Positions 27,257 to 40,600 of a stretch of 64,000 nt of DNA are shown in pieces. The DNA is from the human T2T-CHM13v2.0 reference genome, Homo sapiens: NCBI RefSeq assembly GCF_009914755.1, contig NC_060928.1. One strand, 5' to 3'. The stretch's first letter is position 1. The number at the start of each line of letters is the position of its first letter. The translations under genes were made by a program, and so were the position numbers. Below the pieces are notes generated by a model, which made no database searches, was not told where the DNA came from, and worked only from the letters and a program-made list of their open reading frames with translations.

Positions 27257-29389
27257 GACAAGCAATAACAAATGCTAGCAAGGATGTGGAGAAAAGAGAA
27301 CCCTTGTACACCATTAATGGCAATGTAAATTAGTACAACCACTATGGAGAAGAGATTGGAGATTCCTCAAAAAACTAAAAATTGAGATACTATGTGATCC
27401 AGCAATCCCACTGCTGGGTATATACCCAAAAGAAAGGAAATCCGTATATCAAAGAGATAGCTGCACTCTTGTGTTTGTTGCAGCACTGTAAACAAATCTT
27501 TACAATAGATAAGATTTGAAAGCAACTTACGTATTCATCAACAAATGAATGAATAAAGAAAATGTGGTTCATATACACAACGCACTACTATTCAGCCATG
27601 AAAAGAATGAGATCTAGCCAGCTGCAACAACGTGGATAGAACTGGAGATCATTATGTTAAGTAAAATAAGCTAGGCACAGAAAGACAAACATTGCATCCC
27701 ACTTATTTGTGGGATCTAAAAATCGAAGCAATTAAAGTCATGGACATAGAGAGTAGAAGGATTGTTGCCAGAGGTTGAAAAGATTAACGGGGGACTGGAG
27801 AGAAGGTGGGGATGGTTAATGGGTACCAACAAAGTTACAGAGAATGAATAATATATGTTGTCTTCCACATCTTACAAATAATCTTGTATAAATATTTTAA
27901 TTACACTTTCAGCTTATTAGATATAATTATTGATTAATTTTTTAGTTTATTTGTAGTGTGATAATACTCACTGATAATTAAGCAGAAGTAGAAGGGAAAA
28001 ACTTATGATAAAAATTAAATTAAGAAAGTTCTACCTATTGATATGTTTTCTTTCAAATAATCATACAAAAATAAATTTTCAATCCTATAGTCAAAGTAGT
28101 TATTCTAACCTTGCCTAATTCCAGATTTTCTCAGATAATAGTTTGAGGTCCACTGTTTTTAGGAAAATCACATAAAGTGTTACATGAAAACATGGTGTTA
28201 ACAACTCTTCAGCAGATTTAAGTGAGAATTAATGCTTAGTCACACCATCCTTGCCTTCAAATTGAATGAGTGCTGTTCTTTTCACTGGTTTCAAAATAAG
28301 GAAAAAAAAAACAGGTATCTTAAGCCAATCTTTTCCCACAATGAAATATGAAAGCTCTCCTTAACATGTTAAATTTGTGGTTAATCTATTTACAATGTCT
28401 GCTATCCCACTGCTTTTGTCAGTTTTGCTGATTTGACTAGTTACATGTTTAATTGAAAAGATCATTTTCTCAAACTGCAGAAACTGTATTGTCAAAAATA
28501 TATCACCTATGAAGAATGTCTTCCTAATAGATTTACTTACCTCAGCTAGGTTTTTAAAAAATTTACTCCTACTCGCTTATAAATTATTTCAAGTAATGTG
28601 TTATTCAAATATATAATGTACAAGTGCACCTGTTTTAGTGAAAAAACACAACTGATTGTAGATCTATTCATATGCATATACACTTATGTAGGGTTACAGA
28701 GAAGTATATATCAGTTTTATTCTAAATAGTGCCTAGCAAACTATTAAAAGGCAATGTTCATAAAAGTATGATTGTTGCTATACTTGTTATTTTGTATTAT
28801 TATTTATTTCTGTTTATTTTATGTTTTAATTTGTCTAATTATTTTAATTGTACTTATGTCTATGAATTTACTATATGCTCATTTTATTAAAAATTTAAAA
28901 ATCGGTTTTTGTAGATTTTATGAAGGATTTCAAAAAAATGAAATGGAGAATATATAGACATCTGAGGGCCTATTTTATATCTCTTCCTCATCCCAAACTC
29001 TTCCCAATACAAATACCTCCTTTACTAAAGAAAAGATCTTAATAGCTCTTAATAGGGGAGAAGAGGAATCAATGAGAGAGATAACAGAAAAGTTGGCAGA
29101 GGGTGTCGGATCTGGCAAAAGGAAAGAGCTAAAACAACAATATTATGAATTTACATATTAGAAAGTACACTATTTCTTACTAAAGACCATGTAACTATTT
29201 TTCTAATTATTTAAAAACCTTAGGAATCTAAACAGAACCTGCAAATTACATTTCAGTAATTTCATATGTTTAGTAAATACCAACCATGGTTTAGTTTCTC
29301 TGTTTTCAGCTCACATTAATATTGTTTCAGAGTCAGCTTTACTTACACACACATATACATGAATAAATAAAAGTGAAAAGATCGCTATT

Positions 29390-29810
29390 ACTTCTTGCAT
29401 TAATTACTAATTATTTCTGGCGCAAATAGATTTTAAAACAGTGGCCCATGTAAATTAGGTTTTTCCTTTTTTCTCATGTGAGAAATAGTACAGAGAGGCA
29501 ATCCAGGGCAAGTATAATTGATGTACACTGTCATTATAGTCCCCAGACTCCCTATTTTTTAACTCTGCTATCCATAGAACTTGGTTTCCATTCTTAAAAT
29601 GCCTTATGAGTTACAGGATAGACACACCAGCACCAGCAATCATATCTGTATTGAGGGAAAAAAGAAGGAGGATAAGGGGCTGAAATGAAGGCTGGGGAAT
29701 AACATTTTAGTTAAGTACTTTGCTGCTGCTCTGAACAATATATAAATTTTGTTAATTAAGATAAGGAGTAAATGGATTTTGAGTGGGCAACTAGCAGTCT
29801 CTGTCAAATC
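29390..29810 (-). mobile_element. Old MaLR LTR remnant (MLT1-like)
   Basis: End motif 'aaatggattttgagtgggcaactagcagtctctgtca' typical of MLT1 LTRs. Confidence 0.5.
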
Positions 29811-30292
29811 TTTCTTTTGTACATCTCTAAAAATTTTGTAGTTTTCAAATATTTTTAGCCATAAAACTTTCTCCACAAAAATTTTATTATGTAGAAGCCA
29901 ACTATACATAACAGTCAAAATGTGGAGCTTCTGTGGTTGGAGTAAACTAAAGGATATAAAGTCCCTTTATTCAGTGCCCCTCTCTTGCCTGCATGATGAC
30001 ACTTTTGTCTCAAGGGACCCTCTGAACACAATGTGCAAACCACCAGTCCTTAAACTCTGCAGACAGAATATCCATGTTCTCCTGGATATTTCTGGTTCTC
30101 TTCCCTGGCTGCCCTATAAGAGTTGGGTAATATACAATCCTGGCTGGTGATAGAGATTTGGTTGAGGTGACACTTGAATTTCTCACAAGACTGAGTCAAT
30201 GGAATCTGTAAAGTAACAAACTCAATCAATATGCTGATTCAGCTAGTTGAAATCATGGTTGTGTACACACTTTTAAATACAGATAAAACAAG

Positions 30293-32488
30293 TGATAGGG
30301 TTAGGCTTGGTATCCCCACCCACCCATATCTCATCTGAATTATAATCCCCATAATCCCCATGTGTCAGGGAGATACCAAAGGTTAAGGTAATTAAATAAT
30401 GGGGATGGTTTCCCTCATGCTGTTCTCATGATAGTGAGTTCTCATGAGATCTGATGGTTTTATAAGGAGCTCTTCTCCCTATGCTTGGCACTTCTCCTTC
30501 CTGCTGCCTTGTGAAGAAAGCATCTTGCTTCCCCTTCTCCCTCCACCATGATTGTAAGTTTTCTGAGGCCTCCCCAGCCATGCTGAACTGTGAGTCTATT
30601 AAACCTCTTTCCTTTATAAATTACCCAGTCTCAGGCAGTTCGTTTTAGCAGTATGAAAACAGATTAATATAGTAAATTTGTATCACAGGGAGTGGGATGC
30701 TGCTCTAATGATACCCCGAAATGTGGAAGTGACCTTGAAACTGTTTAACAGGCAGAGGTTGGAACTGTTTGGAGGGCTCAGAAGAAGACAGGAAGATGTG
30801 GGAACGTTTGGAACTTCCTAGAGACTTGTTGAATGGCTTTGACCAAAATACTGATAGTCATATGAACAATGAAGTACAGGCTGAGGTGTTTTCAGATGGA
30901 AATGAGGAACTTGTTGGAAACTGGAATAAGCATGACTCCTGCTATGCTTTAGCAAAGAGACTGGTGATATTTTGCTGTTGCCGTACAGATCTATGGAACA
31001 TTGAACTTGAAAGAGATGATTTAGGGTATCTGGCAGAAAAAATTTCTAAGCAGCAATGTGTTCAAGATGTGATATGGGTGCTCTTAAAAGCATTCAGTTT
31101 TATGCATTCACAAGGAGATGGTTTGGAATTGGAACTTATGTTTAAATGGAAATCAGAGCATAAAAGTTCAGAAAATTTGCAGCCTTACAATGTAATAGAA
31201 AAGAGAAATCCATTTTCTGAGGAGAAATTCCAACCTGCTTCTTGCATAAGTAACCATTGGCCAAATGTTAATCACCAAGACAATGAGGAAAATGTCTCCA
31301 GCTCATGTCAGAGGTCCTCATGGCAGCCCCTCCCATCACAGGCCTTGAGGCCCAGGGGGAGAAAATGGTTTCTTGGGCTGGGCCAAGGGCCTTGCTACTT
31401 TGTGCAATCTTGGAACTTGCTGCCCTGCATCCCAGCTATGGCTAAAAGGGGCCAACATACAGCTCAGACCATTGCTTCAGAGGCTGCAAACCCCAAGCCT
31501 TGGAAGCTTACACGTGATGTTGGGTCTGTGGATGCACAGAAGTCAAGAACTAAGGTTTGGGAACATCCACCTATATTTCAGAGGATGTACAGAAATGACT
31601 GGATGTTCAGGCAGAAGTTTGCTGCAGGGCTGGAGCCTTCATGGAGAACCTCTGCTGGGGCAGTGTGGAAGGGAAATGTGGGGTCAGAGCCCCCCGATAC
31701 AGTCCCCACTTGGGCACTGCTTAGTGGAGCTGTGAGAAGAGGGCCACCATTCTCCAGACCCCAGAATGGTATATCCATCAACTTCTTGCACTATGCACCT
31801 GGAAAAGCTGCAGACACTCAATGACAGCCCATGAAAGCAGCCACAAGGTGGGATGTAACCTGCAAAGCCACAGGGGTGAAGCTGCCCAAGATCATGGGAA
31901 CCCACCTCTTGCATCAATGTGACCTGGATGTGAGATATGGAGTCAAAGGAGATCGTTTTAGAGCTTTGATATTTAACTGCCTCCCTGTGTTTTGGATTTA
32001 CGTAGGGCCTGTAACTCCTTTGTTTCGACCAATTTCTCTCATTTGGAGTGGATGTACTTACCCAATCCTTGTACCCCCATTGTACCTAGGAAATAACTTT
32101 CTTCCTTTTGATCTTACAGGCTCATAGGTGGAAGGGACTTGCCTTGTCTCAGATGAGACTTTGGACTTAGACTTTTGGGTGAATGCTGGAATGAATTAAG
32201 ACTTTGGGGAACTGTTGGGAAGCCATGATTGATTTTGAAATGTGAAAGGGACATAAGATTTGAGAGGGGCCAGGTGCAGAATAATGCAGTTAGGCTTTGG
32301 GTCCCCACCTGAATCTCATCTTGGATTATAATCCCTATAAACTCTTCATGTCAAGAGAGAGACCAAGTAGAGGTGGTGGAATCATGGGGACAGTTCCCCC
32401 ATGTTGTTGCCATGATAATGAGTGAGTTCTCATGAGATCTGATGGTTTTATAAGGGACTCTTCTCCAATAAGAAAACTGACTAATACA
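30293..32488 (+). mobile_element. THE1D provirus: 5' LTR 30293-30671, internal 30672-32281, internally deleted 3' LTR 32282-32488
   Basis: Two THE1 LTRs in direct orientation around THE1 internal sequence; the 3' LTR is 207 bp vs 379 bp for the 5' LTR. Confidence 0.93.
30769..32127 (+). pseudogene. MaLR/THE1 internal ORF, near intact (one in-frame TGA at 31822-31824)
   Basis: ORFs 30769-31824 (351 aa) and 31831-32127 (98 aa) share one frame and follow the MaLR ORF (EGSEEDRKMW...LELPRDLLNGFDQ...VPPLYLG). Confidence 0.85.
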
Positions 32489-32954
32489 ACTGGAATCCAA
32501 AAGCAGGCACATATACCCTTGAATAGGGATAAAAATAGTAACAGTAACCAAAAGAATTGTACAGCACTTGAAAAAGGCTGGTGCAAAGAAAATGTATCCC
32601 AGAGATAATATGGCTACTGACACAGGAATATCCAGGTGCAAAGTGTGCTTAGTTTACAATGTTTTTCTTTCTCTTTACATCTGATTAAACAGACACATGC
32701 TTATTTGTACTGTGTTTTGGAAAAGAATCAAAACCATTCTAATATTTCTGCTTGGGATTTTTTTCCCCAAAAAATGTTTTCTGAAGCTTTATTGTTGGAT
32801 TGGCAATATCCATTAAATAAAAATCATTTGAAACAGTACCTTTGCATCATTCTGGTGGTGTTAATCAAACAGGTTAATACTATTTTTTGTTGTTTACATC
32901 ATTTTGATTGAAATGTGACCTTTTATTTTTGCTTTATAACATTGCAATGAAAGG

Positions 32955-33240
32955 CAGCACAGCATAGTGTGTAAGAACATGGCTTTTGGAGATTGTTAGA
33001 AATAAATTTAAACAGCTGAATCTTTCACTAGCAACTGTGTGTGACCCGGGCAAGTTAAATAATTCTGTCAGTCTTATTGGTAACATAGAGATGAATCTAA
33101 TCTCAAAATAGAATCATGTTAATAAGATAGAATAGACAGAAAACAGCTATTGATAGATTTAAATTAGTAAGTGAATGTAATGTTCAGCGGACTGCATGGC
33201 AATAGTGGATATTCAACAGAGTACTATCATTCTTTCTGCT
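32955..33240 (+). mobile_element. MIR SINE
   Basis: 'agcatagtgtgtaagaacatggcttttggag...tgtgacccgggcaagtta'. Confidence 0.6.
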
Positions 33241-33693
33241 ATTATTCCTAACTTTCTAAATTTCTATATCATCATACATTAGGCCTCTGTTGGTATCAGA
33301 CTTTTTATTGAGATTAAAATTTCATTTCAACTCTAATCACTATCAGGAAATACATTTTTTTATGTAAGGGCTTTAGTTAGGATCTTACCATCTTTTATGA
33401 AAATTTAGTATCTGATATTTTGCCTTCTCTGTTCTAGGAATATGGCTGTGATTTAGCCAGTGGAGGCATACCTGTATCGTGTGATTACTGCTGGCAACCA
33501 ATCTAATTACCTCTGTGTGTAATCTGATAGGTCACTTCTTCTATGACAGTTGTTGGTCAATATTTGGAATCATACTCTTATTCAGAAATATTACTTTAGA
33601 ATTTCTGATTAAGACTAAAAGCAAAAATGGGTAAAATACTGTTTTGGTTGAATTTATAAGAAAAAAGCAACTTTAAAAATATAAAGAAATCCA

Positions 33694-34550
33694 TTTTTCT
33701 GTTATTGGTGTATAAGAATGCTTGTGATTTTTGCACATTGATTTTGTATCCTAAGACTTTGCTGAAGTTGCTTATCAGCTTAAGGAGATTTTGGGCTGAG
33801 ATGACGGGGTTTTCTAAAATACAAATCAAAACCACAATGAGATACCATCTCACACCAGTTAGAATGGTGATCATTAAAAAGTCAAGAAACAACAGGTGCT
33901 GGAGAGGATATGGAAAAATAGGATCACTTTTACACTATTGGTGGGACTGTAAACTAGTTCAACCCTTGTGGAAGACAGTGTGGCCATTCCTTAAGGATCT
34001 AGAACTAGAAATACCATTTGACCCAGCCATCCCATTACTGGGTACATACCCAAAGGATTATAAATCATGCTGCTATAAAGGCACATGCACATGTATGTTT
34101 ATTGCGGCACTATTCACAATAGAAAAGACTTGGAACCAACCCAAATGTCCATCAATGATAGACTGGATTAAGAAAATGTGGCACATATACACCATGGAAT
34201 ACTATCCAGCCATAAAAAATGATGAGTTAATGTCCTTTGTAGGGACATGGATGAAGCTGGAAACCATCATTCTCAGCAAACTATCGCAAGAACAAAAAAC
34301 CAAACACCGCATGTTCTCACTCATAGGTGGAAATTTGACAATGAGAATACTTGGACACAGGAAGGGGAACATCACACACCGGGGCCTGTTGTGGGGTGGG
34401 GGAAGGGGGTAGAGGAAGCATTAGGAGATATACCTAATGTAAATGACGAGTCAGTGGGTGCAGCAAGCCAACATGGCACATGTATACATATGTAACAAAC
34501 CTGCACGTTGTGCACATGTACCCTAGAACTTAAAGTATAATAAAAAATAT
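33694..34550 (+). mobile_element. 5'-truncated, 5'-inverted L1PA (approx. L1PA4-5)
   Basis: Antisense ORF2 piece 33694-~33816 ([21 protein letters not shown]...YTNNR on minus) fused to sense ORF2 C-terminus, 3' UTR and A-tail; 15-bp TSD atataaagaaatcca at 33679-33693 and 34551-34565. Confidence 0.93.
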
Positions 34551-35285
34551 ATATAAAGAAATCCAGAATAATCTTGGGGAAATGTAATATCTATTAGGTA
34601 GGGCCAGAGACTATTCCTACCATTTATTTGACCTCCTACTATATTTTAGGTACTAACTATACTAGATGCTTTTATGTACGTGCCAATTTATTCTCAGAAC
34701 TATCCATAGAAGTTAATATTATTTACTCTATTTTCCAGGCAAGAAAGGGGAACTTGCGGTAAGTATTTGACTAAATTCACCTGACTAATAAATGTTGAAG
34801 ATAGAATTTAAATTCCTACTCTACCTGATTAAAAACTATTTTCTTAACTACAGCAGAATATTGATATTTCTTTTTAAGATATGAGGCAGGGAGAAAGTTG
34901 GATTAGATCTGATAAGAAAATGGTGGATTTGTTTTCTCATTCTGAAGATGCAGATTAATTATCTTATGAAAATCCAGTGAATATTCTGCTCTCTCACATT
35001 TTGACACTCGGCTCTACCTCCATAGACCATCTTCAAGGGAGCTTGGTAATCCTACTAAATAATAAGGTAGAATTTTTTTCCATTTAGATGGACATGGACT
35101 TATAAGAGATAGAGAATTCAGTACTTTTGAATTCTGTTTTTACACTTAGAAAATGCATATTCATATCTGATTTCTCATATACAGACATTCTTGCCTTTTT
35201 CTTCTCTTAAAATACTCTCTCTAAATCTGTTGCTTATATTTATTGGTCCAGATAAAGTGTCACTTTTCCTAAAATCTTCCCATGG

Positions 35286-35479
35286 AGGGTTGCTAGATTA
35301 AGCAAATAAAAATATAGGATGGCCAGTTAAACAACCAACAATTTCAGATAAACAACCAAAAATTCTGTTACATAAGTATGTCCTGTGCAATATTTGGGAC
35401 ATACTTACATTAAATGAAATTATTCATTGTTTACCTGAAATTCATAACGGGCCATCCTATATTTTATGTGGCAACTCTA
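35286..35479. mobile_element. MER53 palindromic hAT MITE
   Basis: Termini agggttgc...gcaactcta; internal inverted arms tttcagataaacaa / ttgtttacctgaaa and taagtatgtcc / ggacatactta. Confidence 0.88.
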
Positions 35480-36944
35480 AGTGGAAGCAACACTGTGAAA
35501 CAATCATCCACAATAGCAATAAAAAGATAACGTCTTTGAGTTCAGAGAAACTACCAGTCAAAAGACACCTTTGCCACCTAAGAAAATGACAAGGCACTGC
35601 ATCATGAAGCATGCTGGACATGCAGATAAATGCAGACCTCCATTTACCCTTGGGGAGAGAATTCCCAAAAGAAGTGGCTCACAAACTCTGGTATTTTAAA
35701 TACTTAGGGATCCCTGGAATGCACACTGGAATACTCTGTAGGATAGGCAGACTCATAGATGGTCAGGAAGATGATATTTTAAAAAATATTTCCATGTTTT
35801 TAAATGATTTGCAAACAATTGATTTGTTCTGCAGAGGAATTAACACTTTTGTGGCTGCTTCCTGTTTCCTTCATTGAGTTCTAAACTCTAAACAATGTAT
35901 GGGCACGTGAGCTATCCTAAAGGTGCATAAAACCTAGGGAAGAGTATACCATGTGTCAAATGTTTTTCCATTTCTCTTTTATACAGAACAAATAAAATAA
36001 ATATTAAGGCAGCATTAAAACATAAGAGTAAGGAAAATACATGTGGGGGAAGTAATCTCATACTTTTTACCCTCCCTAGGTAATAGCTGTAGAAAAGTTT
36101 CCATAAATTCTATCTAGCCCTAGACCCTATCAGCCAGCATCAACTCCATTCATTGGATTCTCCAAAATTAAGTTATGTGATCCATTGAATTCTTTATGCA
36201 ATTGGCAAAACTGTGTATACATAGGCCATGTCTAACTTATATATGCTTCAACTGATGGCTTAGAATGCAACAGAAACTCAGTGAAATCGATTTATCTGAT
36301 AAGATCACTTGATTAATTTTACAGAACCCCAAAGGCATGTGTTTTTGCCACTGATTCTAATAGTCAGGTTGAGGCTGGATAGGAGCCATGTGAGATTATT
36401 TAAATAATCTTTCTGAGGAAAGATCTCTTTGAATGTGTTTATATAACACACTTCATAATAAAGAAGTAAACACTAATCACCATTCTTTGCTTTATGGCAC
36501 TTTGATAAAACAACCAACCAAAGCCAATTTTCACAGGACAGTGAGATGAGCTGCAGTGATAAAGAAAGCAGTGGCACCAGTATGATGCTGACCATCAATA
36601 GTAGGCAATGGTTTCAGCAGAAACAAATAGAGATACGACAAATCATTTGCAGAACATGATACTCTCCAACAATTGTTTACATAATTTGATATATAATAAA
36701 AATTTGGATATTTAAAGTGACTATCCAAGATGGTCAAAAATTCTTAATTGTATAAACCACCGCTTGGGCAATCAGAAAGAAAATACATACTATCATGAGA
36801 CACCTTAACGATTCTTTAGTCTGTATCTTTCATCACTCAACACCACCGAAATTGGAATTCTCCAATAGCCCAAAAGCTTTACATCTTGAAACAGTTTATG
36901 ACCAGTTATAAGTGGTTAATCATACTGGCTAATATAATCTTGGA

Positions 36945-37615
36945 GTTTTATATGCCAGATATTGTTGTAAGTACTTTATGTGTTTTATTTATCTTAATCC
37001 TCAAGATAACATTATGAGACAGATACTGCAAGAACTGTGGAAGGTCTGAGATTTTACCCTACTTTTGGGCCAACAAATTAGTCTACTGAAGCTTCATGTA
37101 TGTTAGCAGAATACATTCATGAGACTCCTGAATCAGAGACAGAGGATAGTTTTAATGCACACAGTAGTAGCAGTTTCCAAAGTGTCTGCATTTTCTTGTA
37201 TCAGTTCTCTCAGCTCCACTTCCTATAGAATAAAGTGAAAAAATCAGGTTATATTTGTTCATACAATGGATAGAATTACAGGATGGGAATTCTGAGTGTA
37301 AGGAAATCAAAACTTCTATCATGGGTAATAAGCGTTATTTCTTGGGAGAGACACACTATCTCTGTTTTCCAAGGCTCTTATCAATTCATATGTCCTTAAA
37401 AATATGATCCACAACAGAGATAGTCAGTGCCTCTCTTCAAAACATATGCAGAAAAGTGAGAGACTTCTAGACAATTGTCTCCCAACAGATACCAATACTA
37501 TTCCCATTTTGCAGATGTGGAAACTGAGGCACAATAAAGTCAAACAAATCACATAGTAAATAGTCAGTGGAGTCATGTTTAGAGCTGAAGTAGTTTGACT
37601 CCAAACTCATGCTCA
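36945..37615 (-). mobile_element. MIR SINE split by an LTR insertion
   Basis: 'ttaatcctcaagataacattatgagacagatac' continues after the LTR as 'ttcccattttgcagatgtggaaactgaggcaca'. Confidence 0.75.
37027..37487 (-). mobile_element. ERVL-class solo LTR (LTR47-like)
   Basis: TG...CA termini; perfect 5-bp TSD GATAC (37022-37026, 37488-37492); minus strand begins TGTTGGGAGACAATT. Confidence 0.8.
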
Positions 37616-40600
37616 GAACAAAAGATATATGAAGAAAAAGCCAACTTGAATTGTTAAAAAGAAATCAGGAGAATTTGAAGAATCCATACTGTTTCTACAA
37701 AATCACTTTAGAAGTTGAAGCTTGGTGTTATTGCTTGCTTAGGTTTTTCCAATTACAGTTGGACACGCTTATACTCATTTTAAAGATTAGGGTACAAATT
37801 GCAGGTTTATAATTCTACTTGACATTCTGTATCTAAAAGGGAAAATTTCAAGGAATCTGAGGTACATAAAATATCCACTGTGATGTTGTCAAAATAAGTT
37901 TTTGTTTGAACAGATGATGAGATGATGAGAATGTCACCTAAACTATTTAGAAACTATGAGCTCCTTGTGGCTATTTTGATTTCTTTAGCATTTAATCAAC
38001 CCCTCAAATAAAATAGGATAAATATGACCAAGCTTAGGTCCATAAAAAGCTTATAAGGCTAGAAGTTTTACGAAATCCCAACTGTCATTGCCATAAATGT
38101 GTCATCATGATACCTCTCTCAGTAACTTTGTCTCATTCTCTGGTGATACTGTCTGATGCTAGTAGGTGGTTTCCATTAATACTGCAACAAAGGCCAGCTT
38201 TTTATTCACATACTTTACCCCCTTTTTATCTCAAAAATATTAATTATCTCTTTATTTCAGCCAAGAATATTAATGAATAAATGATAGATCTATGAAGGTG
38301 AATCCCAAAATATTTCTTACATGATGTTATATCAAGTGCTTTTGTTGGTAGTTTTTATAATAACCAATAAGAGTCTGTTCTCTTGAATGAAACCCTCTGT
38401 TTTGCCCCTTGTCCCAAGTAGAGTTTTCCCAGGTAGCTCTCAATTTTCTGCATGCTGATGACTTCACTGTATGTTGCTTAAGTATTCTGGTTATCAGATA
38501 TCACCCCAGAGACCCAGACCTCTAGGCATATTTCCTACTCATCAATATTCCCAGTTAGCTTTTCTTAGCTTGTCTTTTACGAGTGCTTAATACAAAGAGA
38601 AAATGAGATTATTATAGCAATGTGACTGAAACTCATGTATTTGACTAGACAGTGTACAGAAATGTCTGCTGGTTTTTCATGGCTTGTTTGTTTTATCTTT
38701 TTTAGAAAAGATCCACACAGAGTATTGAGAAAGGGAGTTTAGTTTGAGAACATTCATAAAGAACCATTTAGGAAAAGAGCCTTTTTGACTCTTAAAATAT
38801 AACTAAAGTCTCTGTGTATTCAAGGTCTATCACGTTAAATCAGTCCACTCTCATTGACCATCATTTCATGGAATTTGCCAAATTATTTCATAATTTTTGG
38901 TAGTTAATAAGGTATGCAGTCCAAAATTTCTATTTACTTCTATTTTCAAGAGAATGATCAGATATAAGCCATTTTTACAAGCGCTCCAGAATATGCCCTG
39001 GAGGAGACAGGGGAATAAAACACTTCACTTACCTGGAATAATAAACGGAGTTTCCAAAGATACCTAGCTTATCCTGGGATCAGAATTGGCCCCATTTTAC
39101 AGTTAAAACTATTAAGTTTTAACAGTATTTAACTTTATCTGATGGCAAAATTATTTTGAGTACTTTTGCCAGTTGATCTCTTTCAAAGCCTTCTTTTTAC
39201 ATTTCAGACTGGTCAGAGCAATATATAGAATGTATGAAGATACATTATATCTTGACTCATAGATAATATTTCATTGTCCCATACACTGCTGAGTCTTTTT
39301 AATTCTTTAACTTGTGATTTAATTAGATTCCTAAGGATAAATGTTTATAGAAAGAAACTTTTCTAAAATCAGTAAAACCAATAAACAAATGAGGGAGAAA
39401 GAACATCAAGCATAAACAAGGTTTCTTTTCCTTTCTTAATTCTTAATTCAGAAATAATTGAGGCCAGAGGTATTGTAGAAAGACCGAGATCAGGAGAGTT
39501 TGTGTTGCAAAAGATCCTTTATTTACGCAAGTTTTCTTTTCCAGAACCTCTGTTCTTTCTCATAGTCACATACTAGACCTCTCCAAGTTCTAGACTGACA
39601 GTTTTAGGTATTTATTTTTAGTGTCTGGGACTCTAAGCCTTCATCATCTTCTCATGCCACCTCAGAAGTTCTGATCTTTCCGGTAGTTTTGGAGTGCAAG
39701 GGAGTCTGTGTGAGCCATGACCCCACATACCTGGACCCTTTCTGGGGCTACATAAGCTTCAGAGGTCTGGAAGGTAGTGATGGGTTATATGTTGCAGGTG
39801 GATGGAGTATGGGCCAGAAGAGAGGGGGCAAGGAGGGCAGAGTGAGATGCTATTCTTTCCTGAGTAAACATCACAGCATTAGCTAGGTAATGTTTCCATT
39901 GCCTTTATATTTTAAAAGATTTAGAGCTGCTAATGAATGCTGATTCCCACTTTAACAAGAAGACCAAAATGAATTTGTGATTGAATATGTGTTAACATGT
40001 TTATCGTCATCATGCCGATTTCAAACTAAAAAGTACTGTTTCAATTCCAAATTACTGATCAGAGTTTTGCACCTTTTAAACTTAGAAGAAACTAAATGTA
40101 TAATAGACAAATGATTTTTATTTATGTATTTAATTGGCATTCATGGGGCTTCCCACATGCCAGGTGTTGTGCTGAGCACTGTCACCACATGGTAAATAAC
40201 ATCACTCCTGCCTTTCTGAGATGTTCTGTCTTGTGAACTAAATGCAAAGAGTAAAACTGGTTGGCAGAGGCTGAAATAATTATAAACTTTTATCCATGTA
40301 TCCAACCTAGAGTCCCAGCTGCCAAGCCACATGTAAGTTAGAGAAAGAAAAGAGAAATGATCCACATATGTGTCTCATATGAGGATCCATAACTTCACTT
40401 AAAAAGTTTTCTGACTCAAACGTATGTATTAGCTCACATCCTATAGTTATAATAGTAATAATAAATAACGTTGGTACTGTTAATATTAATCATCTCATTT
40501 TATATAAGAAAACTGAGGCCCAGAGACATTTCAGTGACTAACTCAGGCCAGACTAGACCCCTAAATAAAAGAGCTGGGAATTAAATAGTCCTCTCATGCC

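Larger units (their letters stand above)
20068..27851 (+). mobile_element. Near full-length old LINE-1 (L1MA1-L1MA3 type), inactivated
   Basis: 5' UTR from 'gcgagatggtagattagaagg'; ORF1 relic ~22.0-22.9 kb; ORF2 relic from ~23400 with many stops and frameshifts; RT motif FADD reads FADN at 25607-25618; 3' UTR 'cttatttgtgggatctaaaaatc...gatggttaatgggtac'; terminal part and poly(A) missing. Confidence 0.92.

Noticed and set aside
30769-31824. 351-aa ORF as a host protein-coding gene
   Set aside because: It lies wholly within THE1D internal sequence and follows the MaLR ORF; kept only as a retroelement ORF finding
33705-34412. 235-aa ORF as a gene
   Set aside because: It is L1 ORF2 C-terminus fused to antisense L1 at an inversion junction
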